Positions 1 to 12,598 are shown, numbered from the stretch's first letter. The stretch is 64,000 nucleotides of DNA from Octopus vulgaris (GCA_951406725.2 OX597832.1:56730001-56794000), one strand, 5' to 3'. Program-made: numbers and translations. The notes: generated by a model not told the origin, from the sequence alone.

Positions 1-902
1 TGCTTCCATAATATCCAAAGTACAAAATGAAAATAAACATCTTTATTATGACTCCTACATTTTCACTCTATGTTAATCTATCTTTCTAGCTATCATGGAT
101 TCTATATACAAAGTCACACACACTCTGTCTCTTTCTCTCTCCCACTTGTACACAAAATGCACACACAGCGGCTCTCTTTCTCTCTCGCTTTCCCTCTCTT
201 GCTTGCACTCTCTCTCTCTCTCTGCCAAATACTCTATGCACACACAAACACACAGCCTATTCCTCTCATTTACACTTTGCCCTTTCACACTATATTTCCA
301 GTGCCTCCATCATAACCTTCAACATTTTAAATGAAACATATTCAACCAATCTTAGCCATCGAAAACAGGGAACTGCCAGAACAGCAGATTTCTTTCTGGA
401 ACATTCCGCCGCTAATTGCTTCTTCGAATTCTTATCAAATCAATTGTCTCTTATCTGTCTGTCTGTCTAAAGCCGACGTCTGTCAGTCGTTGACTAAATC
501 CAAAAGATAATTCGACAGCATCTGGAGATTTCTAACTTGACTACAAATAAGTAATACCATAATACCATCCATCATGTGAAGAAGACAATTTTCTACGTTC
601 GTTCGTATGGTTGAATAAAGAAACAATTAATGAATATTAATTGTTAATAACTTGAAACAGTTTTATTTATACTCAGGTCAGACATTTTACAGCTGGATGA
701 TTCTTATAGCGCCATTCATTCCATCATAAAATTAATGTTACAACTTGTTTTAGTGCTAAATGACAGAGGGTAACATTTATACCAGGGCAGTTTTAGTTAT
801 TTGAGTGCTTGCGTACGTGTGTGTGTGTATATATACATATATATATACATACACACACACATATACATATATATATATATACATACGTAGATATATATAT
901 AC

Positions 903-1303
903 TCTCTTTTATTATTTTATGCATTTCAGTCATTTGACTGTGGTCATGCTGGAGCACCACCTTTAGTCAAGCAATTCAACTCCAGGACTTATTCTTTGTA
1001 AGCCTAGTACTTATTCTATCAGTCTCTTTTGCTGAACCACTAAGTTACGGGGACGTAAACACACCACCATCGGTTGTCAAGTGATGTTGGGGGGACAAAC
1101 ACTGACAACAAACATATACACACACATACATATATATCATCATCATCATTTATATGACGGGATTCTTTCAGTTTCCATCTACCAAATCCACTCACAAGGC
1201 TTTGGTTGGCTCTAGGCTATAGTAGAAGACACTTGCCCAAGGTGTCACACAATGGGACTGAACTCAGAACCATGTGGTTGGTAAGCAAGCTAATTACCAC
1301 ATG
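903..1303 (-). mobile_element. tRNA-derived SINE family A (CORE-like centre, internal TA/CA microsatellite, CR1-type tail)
   Basis: Reverse strand reads GTGGTAA..AGCTTGCTTACCAACCACATGGTTC..CTTGGGCAAGTGTCTTC..GGTGCTCCAGCATG..CAGTCAAATGACTGAAA; more than 10 related copies in the window. Confidence 0.9.
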
Positions 1304-1461
1304 TCACTTGTGTGCTTATATAATGTATACTAATTATTAATGTTAGAAGCAATATTAATACCAAACGGTAATCGTTATATCCAACTTAATTGGGATGCTT
1401 TGTTAGAACACAGAATAGAGCAACAAGGCATAAAGATTATCTTTATATACATATGAATCAT

Positions 1462-1790
1462 CATTATCATCATCATCGTTTAACGTCCATTTTTCAGGCT
1501 GGCATGGGTTGGACGGTTCAACTGGGGTCTGGGAAGCCAGGAGACTGCACCAGGCTCCAGACTGATCTGGCTTGATTCTACAGCTGGATGCCCTTCCTAA
1601 CGCCAACCACTCCGTGAGTGTAGTGGATACTTTTTACAGGCCACCAGCACAGGGGCCAGAGGAGGCTAGCAATGGCCATGATTGGTTGGTTCTTTTTACA
1701 TGCCACCGGCACGGAAGCCAGTCAAGGCTGCATTGGCATCGGCCACGTTCAGATGGTGCTTTTTATGTTCCACCGGCACAGGTATCACGA
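1462..1790 (-). mobile_element. Family H: RTE-type retroelement 3' end or RTE-dependent SINE with (GAT)n tail
   Basis: Reverse strand has GTGCCGGTGGCA(C/T)GTAAAAAG units, then GGCGTTAGGAAGGGCATCCAGCTGTAG..CCAACCCATGC..GGACGTTAAACGATGATG; shared with 3420-3983, 14873-15137 and 51655-52000. Confidence 0.75.
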
Positions 1791-1800
1791 CTACAATAAC

Positions 1801-1848
1801 ATGTATATATATATATATATATATACACAAATATATATCTATATATAC

Positions 1849-1899
<51 letters not shown>

Positions 1900-1929
1900 G
1901 ATATATATATATGTATATATATATAATAC

Positions 1930-1967
<38 letters not shown>

Positions 1968-2151
1968 TTACATATGCATATATATATATATATCATACAC
2001 ACACACACACACACACACATATTTATGTATATATTGCTGATGAAGCAATGTACATTTATTACATAAATGTATTACATGTCTGTTATGGAAACATATTTTT
2101 CAGTAGTTATTTAAATAAATCCATTTATATGATCTATATGTATGCGTGGGC

Positions 2152-2212
<61 letters not shown>
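1801..2212. repeat. Compound (TA)n/(CA)n/(TG)n microsatellites
   Basis: Directly visible; representative of dozens of similar tracts in the window. Confidence 0.95.
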
Positions 2213-2214
<2 letters not shown>

Positions 2215-2760
2215 TGTGTGTCCATCTGTATATATACATACATATAGGCATACAGAAAGAGAGAGAGAAAGAGAGCAAAATAAATGCTTTTCTATAAACT
2301 TTTGCTTTCTGTGCAGTTTTATCTTCGAACCAACTCAGAAATTCAGGGAATTAATGTATCTGTTATCAATATATTTTGAGTCTTCTGAAGGATTTTTCAT
2401 GTTACATTATTGGACAGCAATACCAGGTAATTCCAGTTAAGCAGCCCCATGGCATGGGATTACTAAATCAAACAGTTGGTGATCCAAGGATCAACATATA
2501 CGATAAGAGTTACCTTCATCTACTTATCTCGGAGAATATTAGATTTATGTTATCTTATATTATTAATCCCAAACGACCAGAAGGTTAAGTTAACTTTGGA
2601 AGAAGAATTCAACAACCTACGGCACTCTAGCCTGTCAGCCAAACCAGTTAATATTATTTTACCTTTAGATATATTTGTTTGCAAACGTTAATTAACTTCG
2701 ACCACCGTAACTTTTAGGTTTCTGCAGTGCATGTCCAAGAGATAAACATGTGGAACCGTC

Positions 2761-3400
2761 ATCATCGTCGTCGTCATCATCATCATCATCATCATCGTTA
2801 AACGTCGGCCTTCCATGCTGGCATGGGTTGGATGGTTTGACAGGAGCCAGCCAGGTAGAAGATTACACCAAGCCACTGTGTCTGTTTTGGCATGGTTTTT
2901 TTTTTTATGGCTGGATGCCCTTTCTAACACTGACCACCCTGCAGAGTGAACTGGGTGCTTTTTATATGGCACCAACACAGGTGAGGTCAGTTTTAGCAAG
3001 GTTTTTTTTTTTTACATCTGAATGCCCTTCCAAATGCCAACCACTTCACAGTGAGGACTGGATGCTTTTTAAGTGGCACCAACACATGTGAGGTCAGTTT
3101 TGTTTTTACAGCTGAATGCCCTTCCAAATGCCAACCACTTCACAGTGAGGACTGGATGCTTTTTAAGTGGCACCAGCACTGGCAGGGTCACCAAATAACT
3201 TGCAAGACAAAGTTCCTTTGAGAGGGGAGGGAGCATTGGACGATGATGAATGATGATCTTGTGTCAGATGGTGAACAGTGCAATGGAGAGACAGAAAAAG
3301 GTGCTTTGCTATAGAGGAGGTATATAGTTACCCAACGAGAGAGAGGTAACAAAAAAGAGGACAGAAGCAGGTGTTCTACTGTAAAGATGATATTTGGTGT
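2761..3400 (-). mobile_element. Family H variant with an internal ~95 bp tandem duplication
   Basis: Starts with the (CAT)n-CGTTAAACGTC..CATGCTGGCATGGGTTGGA tail; CTGAATGCCCTTCCAAATGCCAACCACTTCACAGTGAGGACTGGATGC occurs at ~3018 and ~3112. Confidence 0.7.
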
Positions 3401-3419
3401 GGAATATGTAATTTTAATA

Positions 3420-3983
3420 GTAACCAGCCCACTTATGCATACCTTTCCTTCATTGGACACTAAACTCTGATTGTGAAGACCTGTTGAAGCAAGAAAAATC
3501 GAAATCAAATTCGATGACAGGCATTCATGCTAGTGGAGTGCTAAGAGCACCATCTGAGTGTGATTGTTGTCAGAGCAGCTGACTGGCTTCCATACCGGTG
3601 GCACGTAAAAAGCGCCAGTTGAGCATGATCATTACTCACGTCGTCTTACTGGCACTTGTGCTGGTGGCACGTGAAAAAACATTTGAGCGAAGTCGTTGCC
3701 AGTGCCACTGGACTGGCTCCTGTGCAGGTGGCATGTAAAAAAACACCACTTGAGCGCGGCCTTGCCAGTACCGCCTGACTGGTCCTCGTGCCGGTGGCAC
3801 GTAAAAGCATCCACTACACTCTCGAAGTGGTTGGTGTTAGGAAGGGCATCCAGCTGTAGAAACTCTGCCAGATTAGATTGGAGCCTGGTGCAGCCATCTG
3901 GTTCACCAGTCCTCAGTCAAATTGTTCAACCCATGCTAGCATGGAAAGCGGACGTTAAACGATGATGATGATGATGATGATGA
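3420..3983 (+). mobile_element. Family H RTE-type 3' UTR with four ~65 bp hairpin-containing tandem units
   Basis: Four GGTGGCA(C/T)GT(A/G)AAAA units, then GGAAGGGCATCCAGCTGTAG..GGACGTTAAAC(GAT)n. Confidence 0.8.
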
Positions 3984-4060
3984 AGACTAGAAAATGTAGG
4001 AATATGCCTCAATGAACAACTGGATATTGCAATTAGCTGTTGCATCCAGTCACTCCAAGA

Positions 4061-4061
<1 letters not shown>

Positions 4062-4096
<35 letters not shown>

Positions 4097-4138
4097 CATT
4101 ATTCATTATTATTATTATTATTATTATTATCATTATTA

Positions 4139-4185
<47 letters not shown>

Positions 4186-4275
4186 TTCTACTCTAATCAC
4201 AAGGCCAGGAATTTTTTTGGGGTGGGGTCAGTCGATTAAATCGACCCCAGTATGCAACTGGTACTTAATTTATTG
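4062..4275 (-). mobile_element. SINE-B 3' fragment next to a long (ATT)n tract
   Basis: CACAAGGCCAGGAATTT..TCGACCCCAGTATGCAACTGGTACTTAATTTATT is the reverse complement of the SINE-B core and tail 2. Confidence 0.7.
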
Positions 4276-5774
4276 GATTAGTTAGAGTTCCATGACTCAG
4301 GGATAAACTTTTAAAAACAAAAGCATGACAAATCCTTTGCTGTAAGATAATCTCTAACAATTACGAACCTATTTACCTCTTACATCGTATTTATTGATTT
4401 AACCTGGCAGTAACAGAAAATGGCACAAACATAAAAAAACTCCAAATAATAAAAAAATATGGGGGAGTTACAAATAATTTCTAAATTTTTCTATTGTTGT
4501 GTCTCCTGGGTTTTGAATTACAGTTAAACTACATTTCTTCTCGCTATTGTCTTCTTTGTTTTCAGCCTCCGTCATGCTTCCTCGCTTTTATTTTCTTATC
4601 TTGAAAGAATTAATTGTTTTTGGTTAAACAAACAAACAAACAAACAAAAAAAATGAATAAAATCAATGAAAAAAAATTTCTTTCTGGTTTTTTTAGTTCA
4701 ATTCGAAGAAATTTAAGAGAAAAATATTTATCTATTTATTTATTTAATTATTTACTTTCTTAATTTCCATGTTCCATCAGATATTGTCTGAAGGGCAATT
4801 CCTAAAACATTTGAGATAAAAATAGGAATATCTATAAGATCTGATGGTGTTTGGTGATGATGGTGGTGGTGGTGGGAGGGGAAGGATGTGTCAGATGTAA
4901 AGAGCAAGAAAGTAAGTCCAGAACCCCTTTCATTTCTAAGAGTTTTGCTGTGTTCTTTTAACCAAACATCTAACAGAAAAAAAGAAGGAAAAAGAAAAAA
5001 AGGAAAAGAAAAAAAAGAAAGCCAATCTGAAGATCTCTGATTGATCTTTATTTTAGAATTTCTAAGGAATTATCACTTTATCTCGTAACAAAAGGGAAAT
5101 GAAAAATATTAGAATGAGAACTGATATCTGAAACAAATCTATTTTTATAGACAAATAAGCTAAATATTAGTTTTACCGTCAGTTTAGAAAAATCAACAGA
5201 GATAGTAAAATGAAATTGCCAAGAGGAGTGGAAAAATCCAATATTTCAGACAGAGTCCTACCTCGGGATAAAGTTGACAGGAAGGAAATAAAAGGAAGAA
5301 ATAAGGATTTTCACATCCTCTCTGTTTGAGAAACTGGCTGCAGCTGATGAGGAACACATAACGTGACCTTCATATGTAGACAGGGAGTAGGAGGAGAGGA
5401 AAGCTTGAAGGAAAGAGAAACGAAATGAGAAGAAGCAGGCAAAAGTGAGGTGAAGGGAAAAATTGTGGTGGAGGTGTAAGAATAGGAGAAAAAATGTTTC
5501 ATTTAAACGAATTAGTGATTTGGTACAAGTTCAAGCATGAAATATTATTTCTTGCATTTCCATGAGCATGTGGACTTATGGAGTGTCAAGATGTCGTATG
5601 TTGAGAAACGGTTAATGGAACATTCCATCATTCTTGAAGTGACAGCCTGCTTGGCCAATGTAAAAAGTGTCATAAAGTTTGCAGATAAGACAATATATAA
5701 AGATAGAAGAGGTGCGACAGAAGCTCTGTGTAATGAGATTCTGTGGCTGAAGCCTGGTGATAGTTGCAGTGTTG

Positions 5775-6475
5775 TGAAAGCATATAGCTCAAAAGTTAGG
5801 GCACTTGGCTCATGATCATAAGGACATGAGTTCGATTCAAGGTAGTATACTCTTTTACTTGTTTCAGTCATTTGACTGTGGCCATGCTGGAGCACCGCTT
5901 TTAGTTGAGCAAATCAACCCCAAGACTTATTCTTTGGAAGCCTGGTACTTATTCTATCAGTCTCTTTTGCCGAACTGCTAAGTAACGGGGATGTAAATAC
6001 ACCACTATCAGTTATCAAGCGATGTTGGGGGAAGGACAAACACAGACACACAAGCATATACAAACACATACATATATATATATATATATATACGATGGGC
6101 TTCTTTCAGTTTCCGTCTACCAAATCCACTCACAAGGCTTTGGTTGGCCTGAGGCTATAGTAGAAGACACTTGCCCAAGGTGCCACACAGTGGGAATGAA
6201 CCCAGAACTATGTGGTTGGTAAGCAAGCTACTTACCACACAGCCACTCCTGCGCCTATGTCGTGTCCCTGAGCAAGACACTTTATTTCACATTGCTCCAG
6301 TCCACTCAGCTGGTAAAAATGAGTTGTACCTGTAATTAAAAGGGCCAGGCCCATCACATTTTGTGTCGTCCTGAATCTCCCTGAGAACTATGTTAAGGGT
6401 ACGCATGCCTGTGGAGTGCTCAGCCACTTGCAAGTTAATTTCACGAGCAAGATGTTCAGTTGCTTGGATCAACCA
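5775..6475 (+). mobile_element. tRNA/CORE SINE split by a SINE-A insertion
   Basis: Head with GAGTTCGATTC B-box at ~5828; resumes at 6257 with TCCCTGAGCAAGACACTTTATTTCACATTGCTCCAGTCCACTCAGCTGG; same family at 20158-20442 (-). Confidence 0.8.
5848..6255 (-). mobile_element. SINE-A, full length, inserted at TA
   Basis: Complete from the GGCGCAGGAGTGGCTGTGTGG head to the GAAACAAGTAAAAGAG tail. Confidence 0.92.
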
Positions 6476-6921
6476 AGAAAAAGGGCATAGGCACGGCAGG
6501 AGCAGCACTGGTGAATTTTGGGAAGCATGGAAGTTTTGAAGGATGCAGTGTCCTGTGTCCTGACAGCTAAGAACAGAAACAGAGAATTTATTCTATGGTT
6601 TGTCGATGCTGAGTGTCAAAAAAAATTTCTGGAAATTTATGCAAGTATCTAAATTTAAAGAATTATCAAACATATTTGAAAAAAAAAATATGGATAATAT
6701 TCGAAGAAAATGTATGTATAAACCACTCTGGCATGAATTTCTATAAAGTTCATTCATTTTTTTTCTCAAATTCTTGTGTATTGAACCACAAATATCAATA
6801 ATGATCAACATTCTATAAAACACTGATGGAATAACATGAGATAAGATTTATGTACCAGTTGCTGGTATCTTATATGAAAATGGAAATATGAGGAGATAGA
6901 ATGATATTCTGTTTTTGACAG

Positions 6922-6971
<50 letters not shown>

Positions 6972-7054
6972 CATATATATACTCACAGTCTTATATAATA
7001 TATATGCACAAACAGAGATATGTATATGCATACATACATGCATACATACATACA

Positions 7055-7087
<33 letters not shown>

Positions 7088-7356
7088 GTATAGCAGAACA
7101 GTGTCTTCAAGTGTGTCAGTATGAGGAGTATACATAAGCCTATGCTATTGTAATAGAAGAGTATTACCAAAGCTTCAGAGTGCCTTTAGTAAATTAGAAG
7201 AGATACACCAAGGGAAGATGAATGAGGCTGAATTGACTTTGCAGGAATGGACTATATACATACAGATATATACATATATATATATATATAAAGAGCGATG
7301 TACATACATATATATATATATACATATGTACATACATACATACATACATACATACA

Positions 7357-7430
<74 letters not shown>

Positions 7431-7504
7431 GATGTACATACATATATCTACATACATACATATATATATGCGTGTATGTTTGTATGTATGTATGTATGTA
7501 TGTA

Positions 7505-7690
7505 GGGGGAATTCACAAAAAGACGAAAGACAAAGACAGGTGGTGTAGACAACAAACAGATGTAATAGTTTAACGTTCGGGAAGTGAAAAAGTCTTTGAT
7601 GTTTTGAGCCTACGCTCTTCCACACAAAGGAACACAGAAAGAAACAAGGAGAGAAAATAAAGAATGTGTAGTGGCTAGTGATCTATCATG
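7505..7690 (-). mobile_element. Penelope-like pLTR-type repeat with a decayed minimal hammerhead (HH1 family)
   Basis: Homologous to 43832-43980 (+); reverse strand CTTT-GTGTGGA-AGAGC-GTAG-GCTC-AAAAC-ATC-AAAG at 7594-7629. Confidence 0.6.
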
Positions 7691-7696
7691 GTATTG

Positions 7697-7826
7697 AAGT
7701 GTACAGTGTTATATATCCATTACAGTTGATCTAACCAATCAGTTTCCCACTAGGGATTCAACGGAGTGATAGATAACAGTCCAAGTATGTAACCCTGTGC
7801 TCATCAGAGCTAGTTGTTATGGAATT
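7697..7826 (-). ncRNA. Repeat carrying a type I hammerhead-like ribozyme with extended stem II (HH2 family, copy 1)
   Basis: Reverse strand CCATAACAACTAGCT-CTGATGA-GCACAGGG..CCCTAGTGG-GAAAC-TGATTG-GTT-AGATCAACTGTAATGG; second copy at 59650-59780. Confidence 0.65.
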
Positions 7827-7877
7827 AAATATGGCGATTGCATACATATATACACATGTAGATATACATATATATGC

Positions 7878-7955
7878 TTATTAAGGCTATCTCTACAGAT
7901 TTTCTATAGAAATTATAGCCAGCACTGAAAATTTGTAGAGATAAACTTAACAAGT
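7878..7955. mobile_element. Small palindromic MITE-like element
   Basis: CTTATTAAGGCTATCTCTACAGATTTT ... AAAATTTGTAGAGATAAACTTAACAAG imperfect inverted repeat; the loop segment AGCCAGCACTGAAAAT recurs at ~13219. Confidence 0.55.
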
Positions 7956-8078
7956 GATTTAATAGCACTGCTAACACAAGACGACACAGTACTGACTTAT
8001 AAAGTATTTAATATACTTTGTAGTATATATTATGGTAGCATAATGAAATATGATATCCTTACAAATCATTTACATATA

Positions 8079-8400
8079 CAGGATGTCCCAAAAGTTACTA
8101 ATGGGTTTCAATTTTTAATAACTTCTTTAACTTTACAAATAAATGCATGAAATCTTGATACAATATAAAGGACATAATGGAAATTAATATGCACAAGTCA
8201 GATTTTGCAACACCACTACATCACATATGAAAAATGACATCGCTTAAATGGCAACCATTTTCAGCTTTGCATGCCTGTGAGCTTTCCAAAACTCGCACCA
8301 TAACATCCTCAAGAGTTTCAAACCCCACTTCTCGAATTTCTCTATTGATGTGCTCCAGAGTCCCCTGTTTGTTGACATAAACTCTCTCTTTCAGGTATCC
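8079..8400 (-). pseudogene. Tc1/mariner transposon 3' end with TIR and transposase C-terminus
   Basis: TA|CAGGATGTCCCAAAAGT terminus; ORF 8221-8430 reads GYLKERVYVNK..REIREVGFETLEDVM..C...NGCHL. Confidence 0.8.
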
Positions 8401-8454
8401 ATGATTGAGACCCTTTTTGTGTCCAGTCATTCAAAGTAGACCTCACACAAGGTT

Positions 8455-8728
8455 CCAGCAATATGAGGGCAACTGCTTATATGACAAGAGATAAAAATAC
8501 AGTTTCTACAGCTCCGGAGAGAGAATAATCTCTTGCTATGGCAATGTTGACTGACCTTTATGTTCCCCAGACTTGATGAGCTCAAATTTTTTCTTATGGG
8601 GATACCTGAAAGACAGGGTTTATGTCAACAAACCAGAGATCCTGGTGCAACTGAAAGAGAACATCAATAGAGAAATCAGAGAAGTGGGGTGGGAAGCTCT
8701 TGAGGGTGTGATGGTGCAAGTGGTCGAG
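8455..8728 (+). pseudogene. Tc1/mariner transposase catalytic-domain fragment, inverted relative to its neighbour
   Basis: Translates with stops/frameshifts as ..RIISCYGNVD*PLCSPDLMSSNFFLWGYLKDRVYVNKPEILVQLKENINREIREVG (decayed WPP.SPDL...DFFLWG motif). Confidence 0.8.
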
Positions 8729-9298
8729 TACACCTCAGCTACTTGTACCTAAATACAGTTCTCATTCAGAATCATCATGACACAACGACAAGGTTGGCCT
8801 ATTGTATTACAGGTGCAGTCCATTCAACAGGCTTCCACACAGTTTCCATAGATTCTGTTTCATTCACAAGATGCTATGAGACACATGGGTCTAATCTACT
8901 GCACTTGAAAGATGTGATGACATACTTGCTTAAGATGCCATGCAGTGGGATTGAACCCGGAGCTTCATGATTGACAGCAAAATCTTAAAATTCTCAGCTA
9001 TGTCATCATCTATGCTCTTGCAATTCCTATATATACACAATTCTTTCTCTCTTTATATGCATACAAGCACACGCACACAAACACACACACACACACACAC
9101 AAACATCTATATACATGCAAATGTATAACTGTAAATATATAAATGTATGTATGCTTAGATGTGAACAGGTATGTGTGTGTATGTATGTATGTATGTATTC
9201 ATACATACACATGCACAAAAACAAATGTGAATATGTGAATATGTGTGTGTGGGGTTGTATTTATACATATACAAACATATTTACACACATACACAAAC

Positions 9299-9342
<44 letters not shown>

Positions 9343-9537
9343 CTATATATATATGTATGCATGTATGTATGTGTGTATGTATATATACTTATGTATGTAT
9401 ATATGTATATATAAATATATATATATATTGATATAGATATATTTATAAATGTATGTATGTATGTATATATATATATATATATATATTGATATAGATATAT
9501 TTATGAATGTATGTATGTATGTATGTATGTATGTATG

Positions 9538-9595
<58 letters not shown>

Positions 9596-10155
9596 GCACA
9601 AACACAAATTCATATACATGCGCACGTGAGTAAATACCTGTTGTGCATATACATACACACATGAAATATTACAAATCTTTTGTAACTAACAAAAAAAAAC
9701 AAAAAACGAACATGTTCAGTGATGGAAATGAATGACGAGTGAATGAAAGAATAGCAGAATAGAGGAACATGTGAATGAATAAAAGAAGAATTACAAAATG
9801 AATGCATTTAGTAATAGCCAACATAACACACACACACACACATATGGACAAAACACAGCACAGAAACCAGATAAAAAAGGTAAATATTGTGTAGTCGTAG
9901 CCGAAGCCAGTGTGTAGAAGGTGTAGAAAGAAATAAATGATGACATTCTGAGGCAGCAGTTGCAGCAGCAGTCGAATGGATTTCCTGAAGATTCTTGAAA
10001 CTCAGGAAATTTTCCTGATGCATTTTTCCCACAATGCACTTTGGCGAGAAGAAGTCATTGATTGGTAGAGGTGAGAAATAGATGTGTTTAGGTGTTTTTA
10101 GACAGCGAAATGGACTGTGGGGGTAAATAACCCTAACTCTATAAATGGAAGGACC

Positions 10156-10190
<35 letters not shown>

Positions 10191-10289
10191 CAGATGGACA
10201 GACAGACAGACAGAATAGCCTTTGGGTGAAGCAATTAGTTGATAAGCCATCTGATGGCATATACCAAGTTTTTAGGTTTATATATACAT

Positions 10290-10338
<49 letters not shown>

Positions 10339-10449
10339 GGTGTGTGTGTTGATGTGCGCATGTTAATGTGTAAATTGTACACGAAAATGGTGAAACGTTA
10401 CCTGGAAAAGCACTTAGCACATGGATGTAGAAAATATATCTATATATAT

Positions 10450-10482
<33 letters not shown>

Positions 10483-10496
<14 letters not shown>

Positions 10497-10674
10497 GTAT
10501 GTATGTATACATATATGTGAGTGTGTGTAACTTTGTATTATATGTGTATATCTATGTATCAATGTAATATATATATATATATATATTACATTGATACATA
10601 GATATACACACATATAATACAAAGTTACACACACACTCACATATATGTATACATACATACAGAGAAAGAGAGAG
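10483..10674. repeat. Near-perfect ~190 bp palindrome centred on (TA)n
   Basis: Left arm ..GTAACTTTGTATTATATGTGTATATCTATGTATCAATGTAA is mirrored by TTACATTGATACATAGATATACACACATATAATACAAAGTTAC..; arms differ only by CA slippage. Confidence 0.9.
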
Positions 10675-10728
10675 AAAGATATATATATATATATATATGT
10701 AGATAGATATATATGCATATATATATAC

Positions 10729-10782
<54 letters not shown>

Positions 10783-10861
10783 CATACATACATATGCATA
10801 TATATACATTATATATATATATATATACATATGCACATATATATATACATATACATATATA

Positions 10862-10905
<44 letters not shown>

Positions 10906-11560
10906 TATATATATATACATATACATGTGTGTGCACATATATATAAAATGGAATTAGACTCAATACTGAGTATGACCCCATACACACACACTCACACCCA
11001 CACACATGAGAACAGGAAATTAGTTTTGCACAAAATGGTTTTCCCTCTGGTGAAGATATATTGTAAACCAACAAAGTGACCTGTACGTTTGTTTGACCCA
11101 AAAGAAATAACAGCCAAATCTCTCTCAAGTCAGACACTTCAGTCTTGAAATAAGGGAGAACTCAATGAACACTGTTCTGTTTGGTATACAAACAGACAGG
11201 GTGGTCACAACTGGAATGTCTGATCAGATGTCTAGTCAATTGGGGCCACACTGGATCTACCAGTACAATGCACTCCCCGTTCCATCAAGGAGAAATTATT
11301 GAATGGTGAGTATATGTGGTAAGATCTGGCCTAGGGTTAAATAACTAATTCTAGATGCACAATGCCCCCCCCCCGAATCTTTCCCACCAAACTGCCGGAA
11401 TGTCATTAATCATCAGTCTACTCTACTTGGACAGGTCTTAGCCTGGGGTTATACAGCAATAACTATATCCATTAACATACACACATTCATACAAACACAC
11501 ACACACACATATATATATATATACACAACAAATCACTAAGTATACATATACTACTATATA

Positions 11561-11865
<305 letters not shown>

Positions 11866-12366
11866 TAAGTTCAAAGATAATGACACGAAATTTGATTGAC
11901 AGCTAATTAGTCTTTTACTGGATTTTGACAGAACTTGATTATTAATGATCTGATTAATATTAATGATTTGTTTAACATTAATAACTTACTGAATATTAAA
12001 TTTACTAATAAATGATGGATGTGGAGAATTATTGGAAACAGGAACTGTTATGACATTGAGCTATAAATCTATATATTATAGTAGAAATATTGACACATAC
12101 ACACACATATATGAATAAATATAAACACACACACATATATATATATACATATACATGAGATGATGTGGTGGTAGTCCCTTGTAGTCAGGAAAGATGGGTT
12201 TGAAATTTTATGAAGAAGAACTAATAATAAATGATTTGTTTATAAAGGTGAAGTGTTTGTGCTGTACACAAGTCCATCCCCTCCATCAGACTGATGCTGC
12301 CTGGACAGGTGAACAGTATAGCACACAACAGGAGGTGAAGCAATTGCGGAAGAATTTGAGATGAGA

Positions 12367-12598
12367 AGGCGGCAAGCTGGCAGAAACGTTAGCACGCTGG
12401 GCGAAATGCAAAGTCGTATTTCGTCTGCCGTTACGTTCTGAGTTCAAATTCTGCCGAGGTCGACTTTGCCTTTCATCCTTCCGGGGTCGATTAAATAAGT
12501 ACCAGTTATGCACTGGGGTCGATATAATCGACTTAATCCGTTTGTCTGTCCTTGTTTGTCCTCTCTGTGTTTAGCCCCTTGTGGCTAGTAAAGAAATA
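12367..12598 (+). mobile_element. tRNA-like SINE family B (tail 1) with a 17 bp TSD
   Basis: GGCGGCAAGCTGGCAGAAACGTTAG..GAGTTCAAATTC..GCCTTTCATCCTTCCGGGGTCG..GCCCCTTGTGGCTAGTAAAGAAATA; GGAAGAATTTGAGATGA on both sides. Confidence 0.92.

Noticed and set aside
3590-3815. CRISPR-like palindromic repeats at regular spacing
   Set aside because: The spacers are homologous to each other, the block is part of a dispersed eukaryotic retroelement, and there are no cas genes
4781-4917. Acceptor/donor pair (CCATCAG ... AA|GTAAGT)
   Set aside because: Stop codons in all three frames
5344-5380. CTGATGAG hammerhead half-core
   Set aside because: No stem II-GAAA or cleavage triplet follows
6022-6222. Recurrent ORF ..[25 protein letters not shown].. 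seen many times in the track
   Set aside because: Antisense translation of SINE-A, not a gene family
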